From a virus (Duplodnaviria; Caudoviricetes), in the IMG/VR virus record IMGVR_UViG_3300032069_000208, positions 1 through 44,700 of that record: DNA of 44,700 bases; one strand, written 5' to 3'. Position numbers and translations under genes: made by a program. Position 1 is the first letter of the stretch. Every line of letters starts with the position of its first letter. Of the stretch, positions 17,303 through 26,449 are shown in pieces. The notes under the pieces were generated by a model, which made no database searches, was not told where the DNA came from, and was given only the letters and a program-made list of their open reading frames with translations.

Positions 17303-18414
17303 TTCGCTATTGCCGGCGTTGTCTTCTGCCCTCAACAAAACCGGATCTGTGGATTAACGAAGAGGGAATATGTTCGGCCTGCCTGAACTACGAGGCCCGA
17401 GAGAAGGTGGATTGGGCAGAACGTGAAAAGGAATTGAAAGCACAGTTGGAACTTCACAAAACAAAAGCGGACTACGACGTGATCGTTCCCGTCAGCGGCG
17501 GCAAGGACTCTCATTTCCAGACCATCAAAATGCTGGAGTACGGCATGAGACCTCTGTGCGTAAATGCCTCCACGGATGCTCTTTCTCCTATAGGACGAGC
17601 GAATATCGAGAATCTAAAACATCTGGGCGTGGATCTCATCGAAGTATCGACGAATCCCGTTCTGCGGAGACGGATCAATCGTCTTGCTTTGGAAAGGGTT
17701 GGAGATATATCGTGGCCCGAACATGTTTCTATCTTCACCATCCCTGTGCGAATCGCAACCCAGATGGGAATACCACTGATATGCTGGGGAGAAAATCCGC
17801 AGAATGAATATGGAGGACCGAAAGGTTCTGGAGGCTTTCAGTCTCTTGACAACCGATGGCTTCAGGAGTTCGGCGGACTTCTCGGACTGCGGGTTTCCGA
17901 TCTGTTGGAGGAAGGGTTCACACCTAAAGACTTGATTCAGTACCGCTATCCTCCGAAAGAAAAACTGGAGCAGTTGGGACTGCATAGTTTCTTCCTAGGC
18001 GATTACCTGCCGTGGGACGGGAAGTCCAACGCACAAATCGCAGTCGATCACGGCTTTAGCCTTTACTCGTTCACCGTGGAAGGATCAGTGGTCAACTATG
18101 AAAACTTGGACAACTACCAAACGGGAATCCACGACTTTTTCAAGTTCCTGAAGTTCGGTTTCGGTCGGGCTACCGATATCGCCTCCATGCATATCAGGAG
18201 AGGTTACATTTCGCGTCCTGATGCGCTGGAGGTGGTCCGGACCCGAGATGGTGCATTCCCATGGACTTACTTGGGCAAACGCATAGAAGCTATCCTCGAT
18301 CCGCTTCAAATGAGCGTGGCGGATTTCATAAAGGTGTGTGAGAAGTTCACGAATTGGACGCTGTTCAAAAATCGAGACGTCACACATCTGGAGAAATACG
18401 ATAATGTTGGCTAA
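17299..18414 (+). CDS. N-acetyl sugar amidotransferase (PseA/PtmG/WbpG family)
   Basis: YCRRCLLPSTKP..GICSAC, PP-loop VPVSGGKDS, GDISWPEH, WGENPQNEYGG, KFLKFGFGRAT. Confidence 0.9.
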   Translation: MIRYCRRCLLPSTKPDLWINEEGICSACLNYEAREKVDWAEREKELKAQLELHKTKADYDVIVPVSGGKDSHFQTIKMLEYGMRPLCVNASTDALSPIGRANIENLKHLGVDLIEVSTNPVLRRRINRLALERVGDISWPEHVSIFTIPVRIATQMGIPLICWGENPQNEYGGPKGSGGFQSLDNRWLQEFGGLLGLRVSDLLEEGFTPKDLIQYRYPPKEKLEQLGLHSFFLGDYLPWDGKSNAQIAVDHGFSLYSFTVEGSVVNYENLDNYQTGIHDFFKFLKFGFGRATDIASMHIRRGYISRPDALEVVRTRDGAFPWTYLGKRIEAILDPLQMSVADFIKVCEKFTNWTLFKNRDVTHLEKYDNVG

Positions 18415-19105
18415 ACGAATCATCCCCACGATTCTTTGTAAGGGCGCAAACGTCGTCAAAGGCAAGCAATTTTCGGCCGACCGCATTGTCGGAAACGTCA
18501 TGCAGACCGTGGAAGTTTACAACCTGCGCTGGGTGGATGAACTGGTGGTTTTCGATGTAGAGGCTCGGGCACTCGGAAGATGTATTTCCCCCGATTTCGT
18601 CTCCGAGATAGCCTCGCGGAACTTCGTGCCCTTGACCGTGGGCGGGGGCATTCGCAGCGTAGGGCAGGCAAGACAATTGATCCAGAACGGCGCGGATAAA
18701 GTCAGTGTAGGATACAATTTTGGGAAGTCAAGCCTAGTATCGGAGATAGCCTCCGCGTTGGGGTCGCAGGCAATCGCGGCCTGTATCAACTATGTATCCC
18801 CTCGGGATGCACTCATGTTTGCCAAGAGCGCCCAGAAAGCAGGAGCAGGAGAAATAATTCTCCAGTGCATCGCCCGGGACGGAATGATGGAGGGATATGA
18901 TCTTGAAACAGCCTTCTTTGTGGCTTCATCTGTTGACATTCCCGTTGTCTTATCAGGGGGCGCTGGTACTTACGAGCACCTATGGCAGGGCCTCCAACTC
19001 TGTGACGCGGTGGCTGCCGCCGCCATGTGGACATTTACAGATTCCACGCCCCAGGAAGCCAAGAAATATCTGAAAGACAAAGGAATAGAGGTGAGAATCG
19101 TATGA
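18404..19105 (+). CDS. HisF-like cyclase subunit associated with the sugar amidotransferase (WbuZ/HisF2 type)
   Basis: MLAKRIIPTIL..VVKG, PLTVGGGIRS, GADKVS, GAGEIIL..RDGMMEGYDL, IPVVLSGGAG. Confidence 0.9.
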   Translation: MLAKRIIPTILCKGANVVKGKQFSADRIVGNVMQTVEVYNLRWVDELVVFDVEARALGRCISPDFVSEIASRNFVPLTVGGGIRSVGQARQLIQNGADKVSVGYNFGKSSLVSEIASALGSQAIAACINYVSPRDALMFAKSAQKAGAGEIILQCIARDGMMEGYDLETAFFVASSVDIPVVLSGGAGTYEHLWQGLQLCDAVAAAAMWTFTDSTPQEAKKYLKDKGIEVRIV

Positions 19106-19686
19106 GCGAGGTATGGTCGGAAAGTTTCGGAGATGAATACACGGTCAGAAATGACCGAGATTTCCAACCCAGGCGGACGTTCTTTCTTCAACTGTTCGCC
19201 AAATACCGCATAGAAAGCATCCTGGAAATAGGATGCAATAACGGGATGAACCTCGACATCATATCCCAGACCATGACATCGGCTAAGAACGCATGGGGCT
19301 GCGACATCAATCAGAAGGCGTTGAACCTTCTTCACGTCCGGCATAAGGAAATCAACGCCGTGTGGGCCTCGGGATACGATACACCCTTCAAGGACGAATG
19401 CTTTCAGTGCGTAATGACCGCAGGAGTCCTGATTCATCAGCGACCGCAGGACGTGGAACGCATGATGCAGGAAATCATCCGTGTCTCAAACAAATACGTG
19501 CTGGCCATGGAATACTACGCCCCGATTTTCCAGGAAATCCCCTACCGGGGGAACGAGGGAGCGCTGTTCAAGGGTCCATACGGAGAAATCTATGAGAAGC
19601 GATACGGACTGAAGCTTTTGGAATCGGGATTTCTGAGCAAGCACCAGGGTTTTGATGACGTTACGTTTTGGATGCTGAGAAAATAA
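19102..19686 (+). CDS. Pseudaminic-acid-biosynthesis-associated SAM methyltransferase
   Basis: WSESFGDEYTVRN, ILEIGCNNGMNL, GVLIHQ, EYYAP..IPYRG..ALFK. Confidence 0.85.
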   Translation: MSEVWSESFGDEYTVRNDRDFQPRRTFFLQLFAKYRIESILEIGCNNGMNLDIISQTMTSAKNAWGCDINQKALNLLHVRHKEINAVWASGYDTPFKDECFQCVMTAGVLIHQRPQDVERMMQEIIRVSNKYVLAMEYYAPIFQEIPYRGNEGALFKGPYGEIYEKRYGLKLLESGFLSKHQGFDDVTFWMLRK

Positions 19687-20399
19687 TGATCAGACCGTAT
19701 CCATTCGTAGTTGCGATCATTCAGGCCCGTATGGGATCTCACCGGTTTCCCGGGAAGATGATGGCCGATCTTGGCGGACGGCCGCTCATCAACTGGTCCA
19801 TCGAACGATTGAAGATGTGCAAACGGGTCCATGAAATAGTGGTGGCAAGTCCAAATAAAGAACTCGTGGAGGCCGCCTACGACGCCGGAGTGCTTGGATT
19901 CCACGATACGGGAGACGAAAATAACGTTCTTGGACGGTATTTGCGCTGTTCCAACTGGTGTTCGGCTGATGTGGTGGTGAGAATAACAGGAGATTGCCCC
20001 TTCATCGACCCTGAGATAGCGGATAATGTCGTAAAAGGCTTTCTGGAAAATCATGTCGACATTTCCACTAACGTTTTGCACCGGACTTTTCCGAGAGGAT
20101 TCGATTCCGAGGTTTTACATATTAACGTCCTGAAACGCATATTCCACCTTACCCAGGACCGCGGATACAGGGAGCATGTAACATTATTCGCCTACGAGCA
20201 TCCCGAATTATTCGTCTTTCATAGCATATTGGATTCCGAGGATAATTCACGATTTAACGTCTCAGTAGATACCCCTGCCGATCTTGACAAATTGAATATT
20301 TTGGTGGCCTCCTTGAAGAAGGATATCTCCTGCACTTGGCGGGAGATAACGGAGGCACTGAAGAATGGCGAATTGGATCGCAGGGGCCATCCAGCATAA
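19686..20399 (+). CDS. spsF: SpsF-type acylneuraminate cytidylyltransferase (probable PseF equivalent)
   Basis: AIIQARMGSHRFPGK, VRITGDCPFIDP, TFPRGFDSEV, REHVT, VDTPADL. Confidence 0.88.
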   Translation: MIRPYPFVVAIIQARMGSHRFPGKMMADLGGRPLINWSIERLKMCKRVHEIVVASPNKELVEAAYDAGVLGFHDTGDENNVLGRYLRCSNWCSADVVVRITGDCPFIDPEIADNVVKGFLENHVDISTNVLHRTFPRGFDSEVLHINVLKRIFHLTQDRGYREHVTLFAYEHPELFVFHSILDSEDNSRFNVSVDTPADLDKLNILVASLKKDISCTWREITEALKNGELDRRGHPA

Positions 20400-20541
20400 A
20401 GGTGCATTGCACCGAGACCTCAAAGTACCGCAAGGGGAAAAAATCCCCGTCTCAAAGATCCAGGAAGCAGCCAAGGGCATTGGCAAAACAGCCCAACGCG
20501 CCAGACTCGCCTTGACCCTGAGACATTTGAATGGCCGATAA
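20365..20541 (+). CDS. Small basic phage protein (58 aa, not in the ORF track)
   Basis: MANWIAGAIQHKGALHRDLKVPQGEKIP..RARLALTL; GGAGG RBS. Confidence 0.7.
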   Translation: MANWIAGAIQHKGALHRDLKVPQGEKIPVSKIQEAAKGIGKTAQRARLALTLRHLNGR

Positions 20542-20731
20542 CATCTATTCCCTCCTTCTGTCGATGGGCGCTCCCGCCGAGACAATCCAAAGGCTTATGA
20601 ACCAGATCCGTTCGGGTCAGTCCTCCCTTTTCGAGAACCGTGCAGTTGGTTTTAGGGGCAACTTGGCTTCTCGTCCTCCTCTTTCTCAACCGCAGAGGGG
20701 TTTACCTCCTTCCCCTCATGGATTGCGTTGA
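20531..20731 (+). CDS. Hypothetical protein
   Basis: Fills the gap with overlaps at both ends. Confidence 0.5.
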   Translation: MADNIYSLLLSMGAPAETIQRLMNQIRSGQSSLFENRAVGFRGNLASRPPLSQPQRGLPPSPHGLR

Positions 20732-20976
20732 TGCCATACTTCGATGTGTTCTGTGAGTCCCACGGGAACCAGGAAGTACAGGCCAAAGATTCCTCCCAGC
20801 TAAGTTGCCCCGTTGTTGGTTGCAGACGTGAAGTCAAACGAATGTGGAGCGCTCCCCCAACCCATCGGATGGAGTTTAGGTCCGGTTTCGACATGGGGGC
20901 CGGAGAGTATTTCAATTCCAGACGTGATCGGGAAAACTGGATCGCTGCCAGTGATTCAAAAAGGATGAGGGACTGA
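20731..20976 (+). CDS. FmdB-like zinc-ribbon protein
   Basis: MPYFDVFCESHG..SCPVVGC..KRMWSAP; coupled to the portal gene. Confidence 0.65.
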   Translation: MPYFDVFCESHGNQEVQAKDSSQLSCPVVGCRREVKRMWSAPPTHRMEFRSGFDMGAGEYFNSRRDRENWIAASDSKRMRD

Positions 20977-22838
20977 TGGCGTTGAAAGACACTCTGAAGG
21001 AAATATTCAACAAATCCGAAAAAAACGATCCCTTCGATTACAAAAAATTGAAAGCCGTCGTAGACAAGATATACTCAAGCCCCGAAAACCAGAAGATCCG
21101 AGAAACGCAGGACCGCTTTATGAAGCGGTTCAAGGGCGAGTGGTGGGACAAAAGCAAACTGAAAGACACCGACTCCACGGTGCAGGCCAACCTTTTTTTC
21201 TCAACGGTGATGACCATCGCGCCCCTGATTACGGATAACCGGCCGATCTGGGGCGTGAGGGCACGCAAACCTTACCTCCAGAATTACATGGAAGGATTTT
21301 CCCTCGCCCTTGAATATCTCTGGGATAAACTAGATCTGGATAGCAAGTCTTTCTTGTGGATTTTGGATGCTCTAATTATGAAGATCGGGATTCTCAAATG
21401 CTACTACGATCCTTCGGCCGAGTTCGGCGGGGAAATCGAAATAGGACTTGTGGACCCCCGTACCTTCTTTTGCGCCCCAGGATATGACGACCTATGGAAG
21501 GCTCCGTTGATGGGAACAAAAACTCCCATGCCCCTCTCATGGATTAGAATGCACTATCCCCAGACGGGCAAAGAGGTGAAACCGGATTCCAAGGATGAAA
21601 GTTTCACGGGCAACGAGCAAATGTGGGAGTTGGATACGAAGTTCGCAACCGTCTACGAGGTCTGGATGAAGGACTCGGAGATGGAAGAATATTTCCTGAA
21701 GGAAGAGGGCCAGACAGACAACAAAGATCCCAAGGGGACCAAGGCGAACCGCCCCAAATATCCATTCGGCAGAATAGTTACTTTCACTTCCGATGCGCTT
21801 TTGGATGACAAATCTTCGATCTACCGGCACGGCAAACCGATGTATGTGGCGCTATACGACTACCAAACACCCCATGAACTTGTGGGAATGGGCGAGGGAG
21901 ATCAGATCGAGGAGATGAACAAATCCTTTAACCGCAACCTTCAACTGATCGACGCATGGACCCGTGACTATCTGGACGGCCCGTGGCTGGTTGACACAAA
22001 CGCCAACCTGGATTTCGAGCACGTCAAGGATGAGCTTATGGCGGGCCACTCGGCGTTTGAAGTCAACATGAGCGTCAATCCCGAGCCGATCAAGAAAGTC
22101 CGGGGCGCTCCCTTGGATCAATCGGTTCCCATGTACATGTCCATGCTCCAGAAGCTTCACGAGGAGATCACCGGGGTCACCGATGTGACCAAGGGGATGG
22201 TTGCCAAGAGCCAACGGCAAAGCGCAACCGAGATTTCCACGCTTGCCGAATCCGCTTACACAAGAACGCGCCAAAGGGTCAGGAACTATGAGTGGTCGGT
22301 GAAACGACTGTTGTATCTACAACTTTCCATGATGCAACAGTTCTACACTGAGGGGCGCGACTTTTCCCTCACCTCCGACAATACCGTGAACTACTACACC
22401 GTGGGAAGCTCCAACGCGCAGGCTCAACAGTCAATCGGCAACATTGGCCCCGAGGGACCGAAACCAACCGGCGATGAAGAGGCGGACAAGCGCATACAAG
22501 CCGATTATGAGAAGTTCATATCGGAGTGGGGAACCGAAGATCCCATTTATGCCGACTTCGATCTTGAAGTGCAGACCAACTCTTCCCTTCCCATGGACAA
22601 ACAATCCCTTGCCAACCTGTACTTGAGACTCCTGGAGATGGCCGGGGGAAATCCCGTGACTGGGATGCCGATGTGGGAGGCCGTCCTTCAGGCCCTTCGA
22701 ATCCCCCGGTACAAAGAGATCATCGGGAAGATGGACGAACTTTTCAAAGCACAAACGCAAGGCCCGCCGCAGCAACAGCCGGAAATCCAGGGTCCTCCCG
22801 GGATGATGAGTGTGCTTCAGCGGGCAGGAGGACAGTAG
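20976..22838 (+). CDS. Portal protein
   Basis: 620 aa; NLFFSTV..IAP, DALIMKIGILK, VDPRTFFCAP, EITGV..G..SATE; position in the head module. Confidence 0.88.
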   Translation: MALKDTLKEIFNKSEKNDPFDYKKLKAVVDKIYSSPENQKIRETQDRFMKRFKGEWWDKSKLKDTDSTVQANLFFSTVMTIAPLITDNRPIWGVRARKPYLQNYMEGFSLALEYLWDKLDLDSKSFLWILDALIMKIGILKCYYDPSAEFGGEIEIGLVDPRTFFCAPGYDDLWKAPLMGTKTPMPLSWIRMHYPQTGKEVKPDSKDESFTGNEQMWELDTKFATVYEVWMKDSEMEEYFLKEEGQTDNKDPKGTKANRPKYPFGRIVTFTSDALLDDKSSIYRHGKPMYVALYDYQTPHELVGMGEGDQIEEMNKSFNRNLQLIDAWTRDYLDGPWLVDTNANLDFEHVKDELMAGHSAFEVNMSVNPEPIKKVRGAPLDQSVPMYMSMLQKLHEEITGVTDVTKGMVAKSQRQSATEISTLAESAYTRTRQRVRNYEWSVKRLLYLQLSMMQQFYTEGRDFSLTSDNTVNYYTVGSSNAQAQQSIGNIGPEGPKPTGDEEADKRIQADYEKFISEWGTEDPIYADFDLEVQTNSSLPMDKQSLANLYLRLLEMAGGNPVTGMPMWEAVLQALRIPRYKEIIGKMDELFKAQTQGPPQQQPEIQGPPGMMSVLQRAGGQ

Positions 22839-23234
22839 ATGAGTGACATGATGCAATCCCCTCCTGGGATGCCTCAACAACGTCCGGGTGGAGGAATGCC
22901 TTCTCCTGTAATGAAGAACCTTTCTCCAATGAACCCAGCCGATCTCTCCCTCATGGCCGCCTCGGGAAACTTCTTACCGAATACCACGATCAGGGAAGCA
23001 TTTTCCAAAGTCGGGATCGACGTGGACGGTCCCCTGAGCCAGTTGACCGACTACATGCAGAAGATGAAACAGAATGCGAATCCGATTGACAAGGTTCGCA
23101 ATATTGCCGCTGATACTGCGTTGCAGAGAGGCGGCCAGCCCCAACAAATGCCCGGCGTCAAGCCCATGGTTACACCCCCTGGACAACCAGCGCCCGCCGG
23201 CATGGAGGGGTTAATCAACAGACTGGGAGGATAA
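22839..23234 (+). CDS. Pro/Gln/Met-rich hypothetical head-module protein
   Basis: AGGAGG RBS; between portal and scaffold. Confidence 0.7.
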   Translation: MSDMMQSPPGMPQQRPGGGMPSPVMKNLSPMNPADLSLMAASGNFLPNTTIREAFSKVGIDVDGPLSQLTDYMQKMKQNANPIDKVRNIAADTALQRGGQPQQMPGVKPMVTPPGQPAPAGMEGLINRLGG

Positions 23235-23237
23235 GAC

Positions 23238-24038
23238 ATGCCGGATGAGAAAATCGCCCCCCTGCCGGGACAAGGCGTAAATACTGCGGAGGCGGCCGCG
23301 CAAGCACAAGCCGCTGGTACGGAGCCGGAAGCCCCGTTCTTTGAATATCAGCTTCCGACCGGCGAGAAGGAGACCTACAGGACTCGGGATTCTCTGACCC
23401 AGGCGCACCGGGATTCTTACCTGAGACGGGCGGACTACACCCGAAAAACCCAGGAAGTGGCCGAGATGCGAAAGGCCATTGAGGAAGAGAAAAAGAAGTT
23501 TGCCGAAGAGCAGAAGGCTTTTCTGCAAGCCAAGCAGCGCTATGACGGGTACGACCAGAAACTCAAGGAACGGCCGGACCTCCAAAGACGACTGGAAGAG
23601 GCTTTTTCCCAACCCATGGAACCGGCGGCGGCATTCGAGAAAGCGCAGGGTTACGTCGATGAGAAAACCCAGACCCTTCTTGAACGGCTGGACGCACTGG
23701 AGAAACAGAACCAGGAAGCGACTACCAAGCATGAAATTGATGAGGCGTTCTCTGAACTGAAGGGTAAATACCCCGATGTCGATGAGACGGCTATCATGGA
23801 AACCTTGGAAGCCATCGCGGATGGAAAGATCGCCCCGATGATCGAGCAGTTATACTGGGCACACAAGGGACGAATGACCCCCGCGGCGATGGAGCAGAAG
23901 ATCGTGGATGGTCTCAAAAAGAAAGAAGGGGCAGCCCTTGTGCCCCCGTCGCCCTCGGGCAAGGGCGTTCCTCCTAAGTTTAAGAGCACGAAAGATGCCA
24001 GAGAAGCAGCCTTCGAGGAGGCGGGCATATCTGGCTAG
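23238..24038 (+). CDS. Capsid scaffolding protein
   Basis: YLRRADYTRKTQEVAEMRK motif, coiled-coil, immediately before the capsid gene. Confidence 0.85.
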   Translation: MPDEKIAPLPGQGVNTAEAAAQAQAAGTEPEAPFFEYQLPTGEKETYRTRDSLTQAHRDSYLRRADYTRKTQEVAEMRKAIEEEKKKFAEEQKAFLQAKQRYDGYDQKLKERPDLQRRLEEAFSQPMEPAAAFEKAQGYVDEKTQTLLERLDALEKQNQEATTKHEIDEAFSELKGKYPDVDETAIMETLEAIADGKIAPMIEQLYWAHKGRMTPAAMEQKIVDGLKKKEGAALVPPSPSGKGVPPKFKSTKDAREAAFEEAGISG

Positions 24039-24049
24039 GGAGGCCATAA

Positions 24050-24997
24050 ATGGCACTCGGCGTTGATGAGGCAAATACTGTATCCAGTCGATACTTCGAC
24101 CAGACCATCACGTCACAGGTCTACGAGGAATCGGCCTACTACAGCAAACTGAAAATTGACGGAAAAGTCACGTGGAACGGCGGAACGCAGATCCAGTGGC
24201 CGATCCGTTATGTGGAACTGGGGACCACGAAAGCTACCGGAGCACGAGCGCAGCTTGTGTATTCCCAGAAGGAAACCCGCACCTCGGCGGTCCTCGACTA
24301 TGCCTTTTACTACGGGCATGGGATGATCTCCTGGGATGAGCGGGTCAAGAACACGGGCAAGGCGCAGATCATCGATCTTTTGAAGGACAAGACGGACGAG
24401 GTGAACCAGGACATCTACGAGAAGTTCGCCGATGACCTGTTTGCTACCACGCAGGGCGCGGATACGATCCAGTCCCTTGTGACAATCATCTCCGCGGGGA
24501 CGTTCGCGGGGATTACTACGACCGACGCTCCGTTGTGGACCTCCAACGTAGTGGACTCCACGACCACGCAGCTCACGCTGTACGGAGCAAGCACCTCGCT
24601 TGCTCACTCGATCAACCTCTGCACCTTCGGGAAAAATCACCCTACGATCATCGTTACCTCGCGTGACCTGTTCAACAAGGCGGAATCCCTGATCGAGCCG
24701 CAGATGCGCTATCAGGATACCAAGATGGGAGACATCGGCTTCACCACGGTGAAGTTCCATGGAATCCCCATCGTGGGCGATGCCAAGTGTCCTGCGAAGT
24801 ATATGTTCCTGATCGACACCAACCAGTTCGAACTCCGTTACCATCCGGACTTCAACTTCAAGGTGACTCCATGGACGGAACTGTTGCAGGCGGGATATCC
24901 CAACGCGATGGTCAAAGTAGTGAGTTGGGCGGGTAATCATCTCTGCCGTATGCGCCAGACCTCGGGTGTGTATAGCGCACTCGACTATACCAAGTAA
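24050..24997 (+). CDS. Major capsid protein
   Basis: 315 aa after the scaffold; GGTQIQWPIRY, GFTTVKFHGIPIVGD..CP..MFLIDT; strong RBS. Confidence 0.88.
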   Translation: MALGVDEANTVSSRYFDQTITSQVYEESAYYSKLKIDGKVTWNGGTQIQWPIRYVELGTTKATGARAQLVYSQKETRTSAVLDYAFYYGHGMISWDERVKNTGKAQIIDLLKDKTDEVNQDIYEKFADDLFATTQGADTIQSLVTIISAGTFAGITTTDAPLWTSNVVDSTTTQLTLYGASTSLAHSINLCTFGKNHPTIIVTSRDLFNKAESLIEPQMRYQDTKMGDIGFTTVKFHGIPIVGDAKCPAKYMFLIDTNQFELRYHPDFNFKVTPWTELLQAGYPNAMVKVVSWAGNHLCRMRQTSGVYSALDYTK

Positions 24998-25008
24998 AGG
25001 AGATCGAA

Positions 25009-25548
25009 ATGCCGTTCGGTGATTATGGTACTTACAAGACTCGTCCGTTGATCCAGCGTCAGGACACGGACAACAAGATCTTCATGTGGGCGCGGGCGCT
25101 CTCAGGGGCAACATACAAGAGTTACTACATTCTTGCTCCCACCGCAGGCACAACGGTAATGGGCACGAGCGGTACGGGATGCGGGTATGTGGCAACCGCG
25201 GCGTTCGCCACGGGAAAAGCCTCGGCCACGGCCGCCGCAGGGGTGGGTTCGTATTTCGTAGGATTCTCCAACGAGACCCTTGCTTCGGGAAACGACGGAT
25301 GGTTCCAGGTCGGAGGCCCCTTGGTCTCGGCCACCCTTGGAACGCAGTCGGCTACCACGGGCAATATGTATTGCTGGGCTTCGGCAACCGTTAGCAACTT
25401 CACCGCTAGCCCTGACCTGGCATGGGTGAATTGTTTCGGGATCGCCATGACCTCCAATACCGGCGGGCTTCCCGCAGGGGCCACCGCTGCTACGTTTACC
25501 AGCCATGACATCTACCTCCTGAACAAACCGGTCTGCGGGATCGGATAA
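25009..25548 (+). CDS. Ser/Thr/Ala/Gly-rich virion protein (capsid decoration candidate)
   Basis: Directly after the capsid gene; about 38/179 Ser+Thr by hand count. Confidence 0.7.
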   Translation: MPFGDYGTYKTRPLIQRQDTDNKIFMWARALSGATYKSYYILAPTAGTTVMGTSGTGCGYVATAAFATGKASATAAAGVGSYFVGFSNETLASGNDGWFQVGGPLVSATLGTQSATTGNMYCWASATVSNFTASPDLAWVNCFGIAMTSNTGGLPAGATAATFTSHDIYLLNKPVCGIG

Positions 25549-25557
25549 GGAGGGGAT

Positions 25558-25905
25558 ATGGCGGTAACGTATACACCGGATGCCAGATTCAATAAGAACT
25601 ACGAGTTTGCATCGTTCCAGGCTAGGGGTGGAGGGTTTGTAGCCGGCATTCTTGCGGTTACCTTCAGCGGCACGGGTGGTATGACGGTAACAGGGTTGGG
25701 TTTCTCAACCCCGTTCTATGTCTACGCCTCCCCCGCAAGCGGGTATATCTTCGAATGGAAGGCGACGACCAGCCAGTTGAAAGGATACACCACCGTGGTC
25801 ACTACCACGGCGCTGGCCTCGGTGTTGATCGAGGCGGCAAGTGATACCGATCTGACAACCCTTGCCGATGGGGGGGTTCGGTTCTTCGCGTTCGGGTGGG
25901 GTTAA
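25558..25905 (+). CDS. Thr-rich virion protein
   Basis: AAGGAGG RBS; about 25/115 Ser+Thr. Confidence 0.7.
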   Translation: MAVTYTPDARFNKNYEFASFQARGGGFVAGILAVTFSGTGGMTVTGLGFSTPFYVYASPASGYIFEWKATTSQLKGYTTVVTTTALASVLIEAASDTDLTTLADGGVRFFAFGWG

Positions 25906-25906
25906 A

Positions 25907-26254
25907 ATGGGAGTCTGGCAGCAACTTCCTGCTCGGGCAAGAGTAAAGATCGATGGAGCGGCCTCGGCCACGGCGTTTTCCGCTGTGTCCGGGGCCTGTT
26001 GGGTTCTCCAAGCCTTCGCGCTGGGATGGTCGAATGCGGTCAATAGCTGCACGATCTCCCTGTATGAGATAGATACGACAAACTCCGCCCCGTTCTTCGT
26101 CATGCAGACATCGACCACTAACGGGGCGTTGTCGATCTTCCTTGGAGAACATGGAATACAAGCCTCTTCATCGTACTCCTCGCGGATGGTATTCAACACG
26201 GGCGCTACGGGTACGTGGAGCGGATTGTTCAGCGGATATTACACCGGAGTTTGA
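25907..26254 (+). CDS. Ser/Thr-rich virion protein
   Basis: ATG just after the previous stop; about 27/115 Ser+Thr. Confidence 0.65.
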   Translation: MGVWQQLPARARVKIDGAASATAFSAVSGACWVLQAFALGWSNAVNSCTISLYEIDTTNSAPFFVMQTSTTNGALSIFLGEHGIQASSSYSSRMVFNTGATGTWSGLFSGYYTGV

Positions 26255-26269
26255 CCTGGGGGGACCTGA

Positions 26270-26449
26270 ATGCCATTTGCGAGTCGGGCTCAAGCAAGAG
26301 CCGCCTTCGGAGGGTACCTTGGCGAAGAGATGAAACGCAAGGCTCTGGAGTGGGCGCATGAGACTTCCAACATGAAGCGCCTGCCCGAGCACGTAAAGAA
26401 AGCCTCGAAGACGGCCCAGCGGATACTGAAACATAGGAGGCGCGAATGA
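26270..26449 (+). CDS. Small basic phage protein (59 aa, not in the ORF track)
   Basis: MPFASRAQARA..EWAHET..KRLPEHVKK; ATGA overlap with the next gene. Confidence 0.65.
   Translation: MPFASRAQARAAFGGYLGEEMKRKALEWAHETSNMKRLPEHVKKASKTAQRILKHRRRE

Noticed and set aside
18404-19105. hisF as a histidine-biosynthesis auxiliary gene
   Set aside because: It is coupled to an N-acetyl-sugar amidotransferase, the known WbuX/WbuZ-type context, and no other his genes are present.
9121-20399. Sugar genes as a DNA hypermodification system
   Set aside because: No base hydroxymethylase, nucleotide kinase or phage DNA polymerase recognised, and Maf-family enzymes act on proteins; judged less likely, not excluded.
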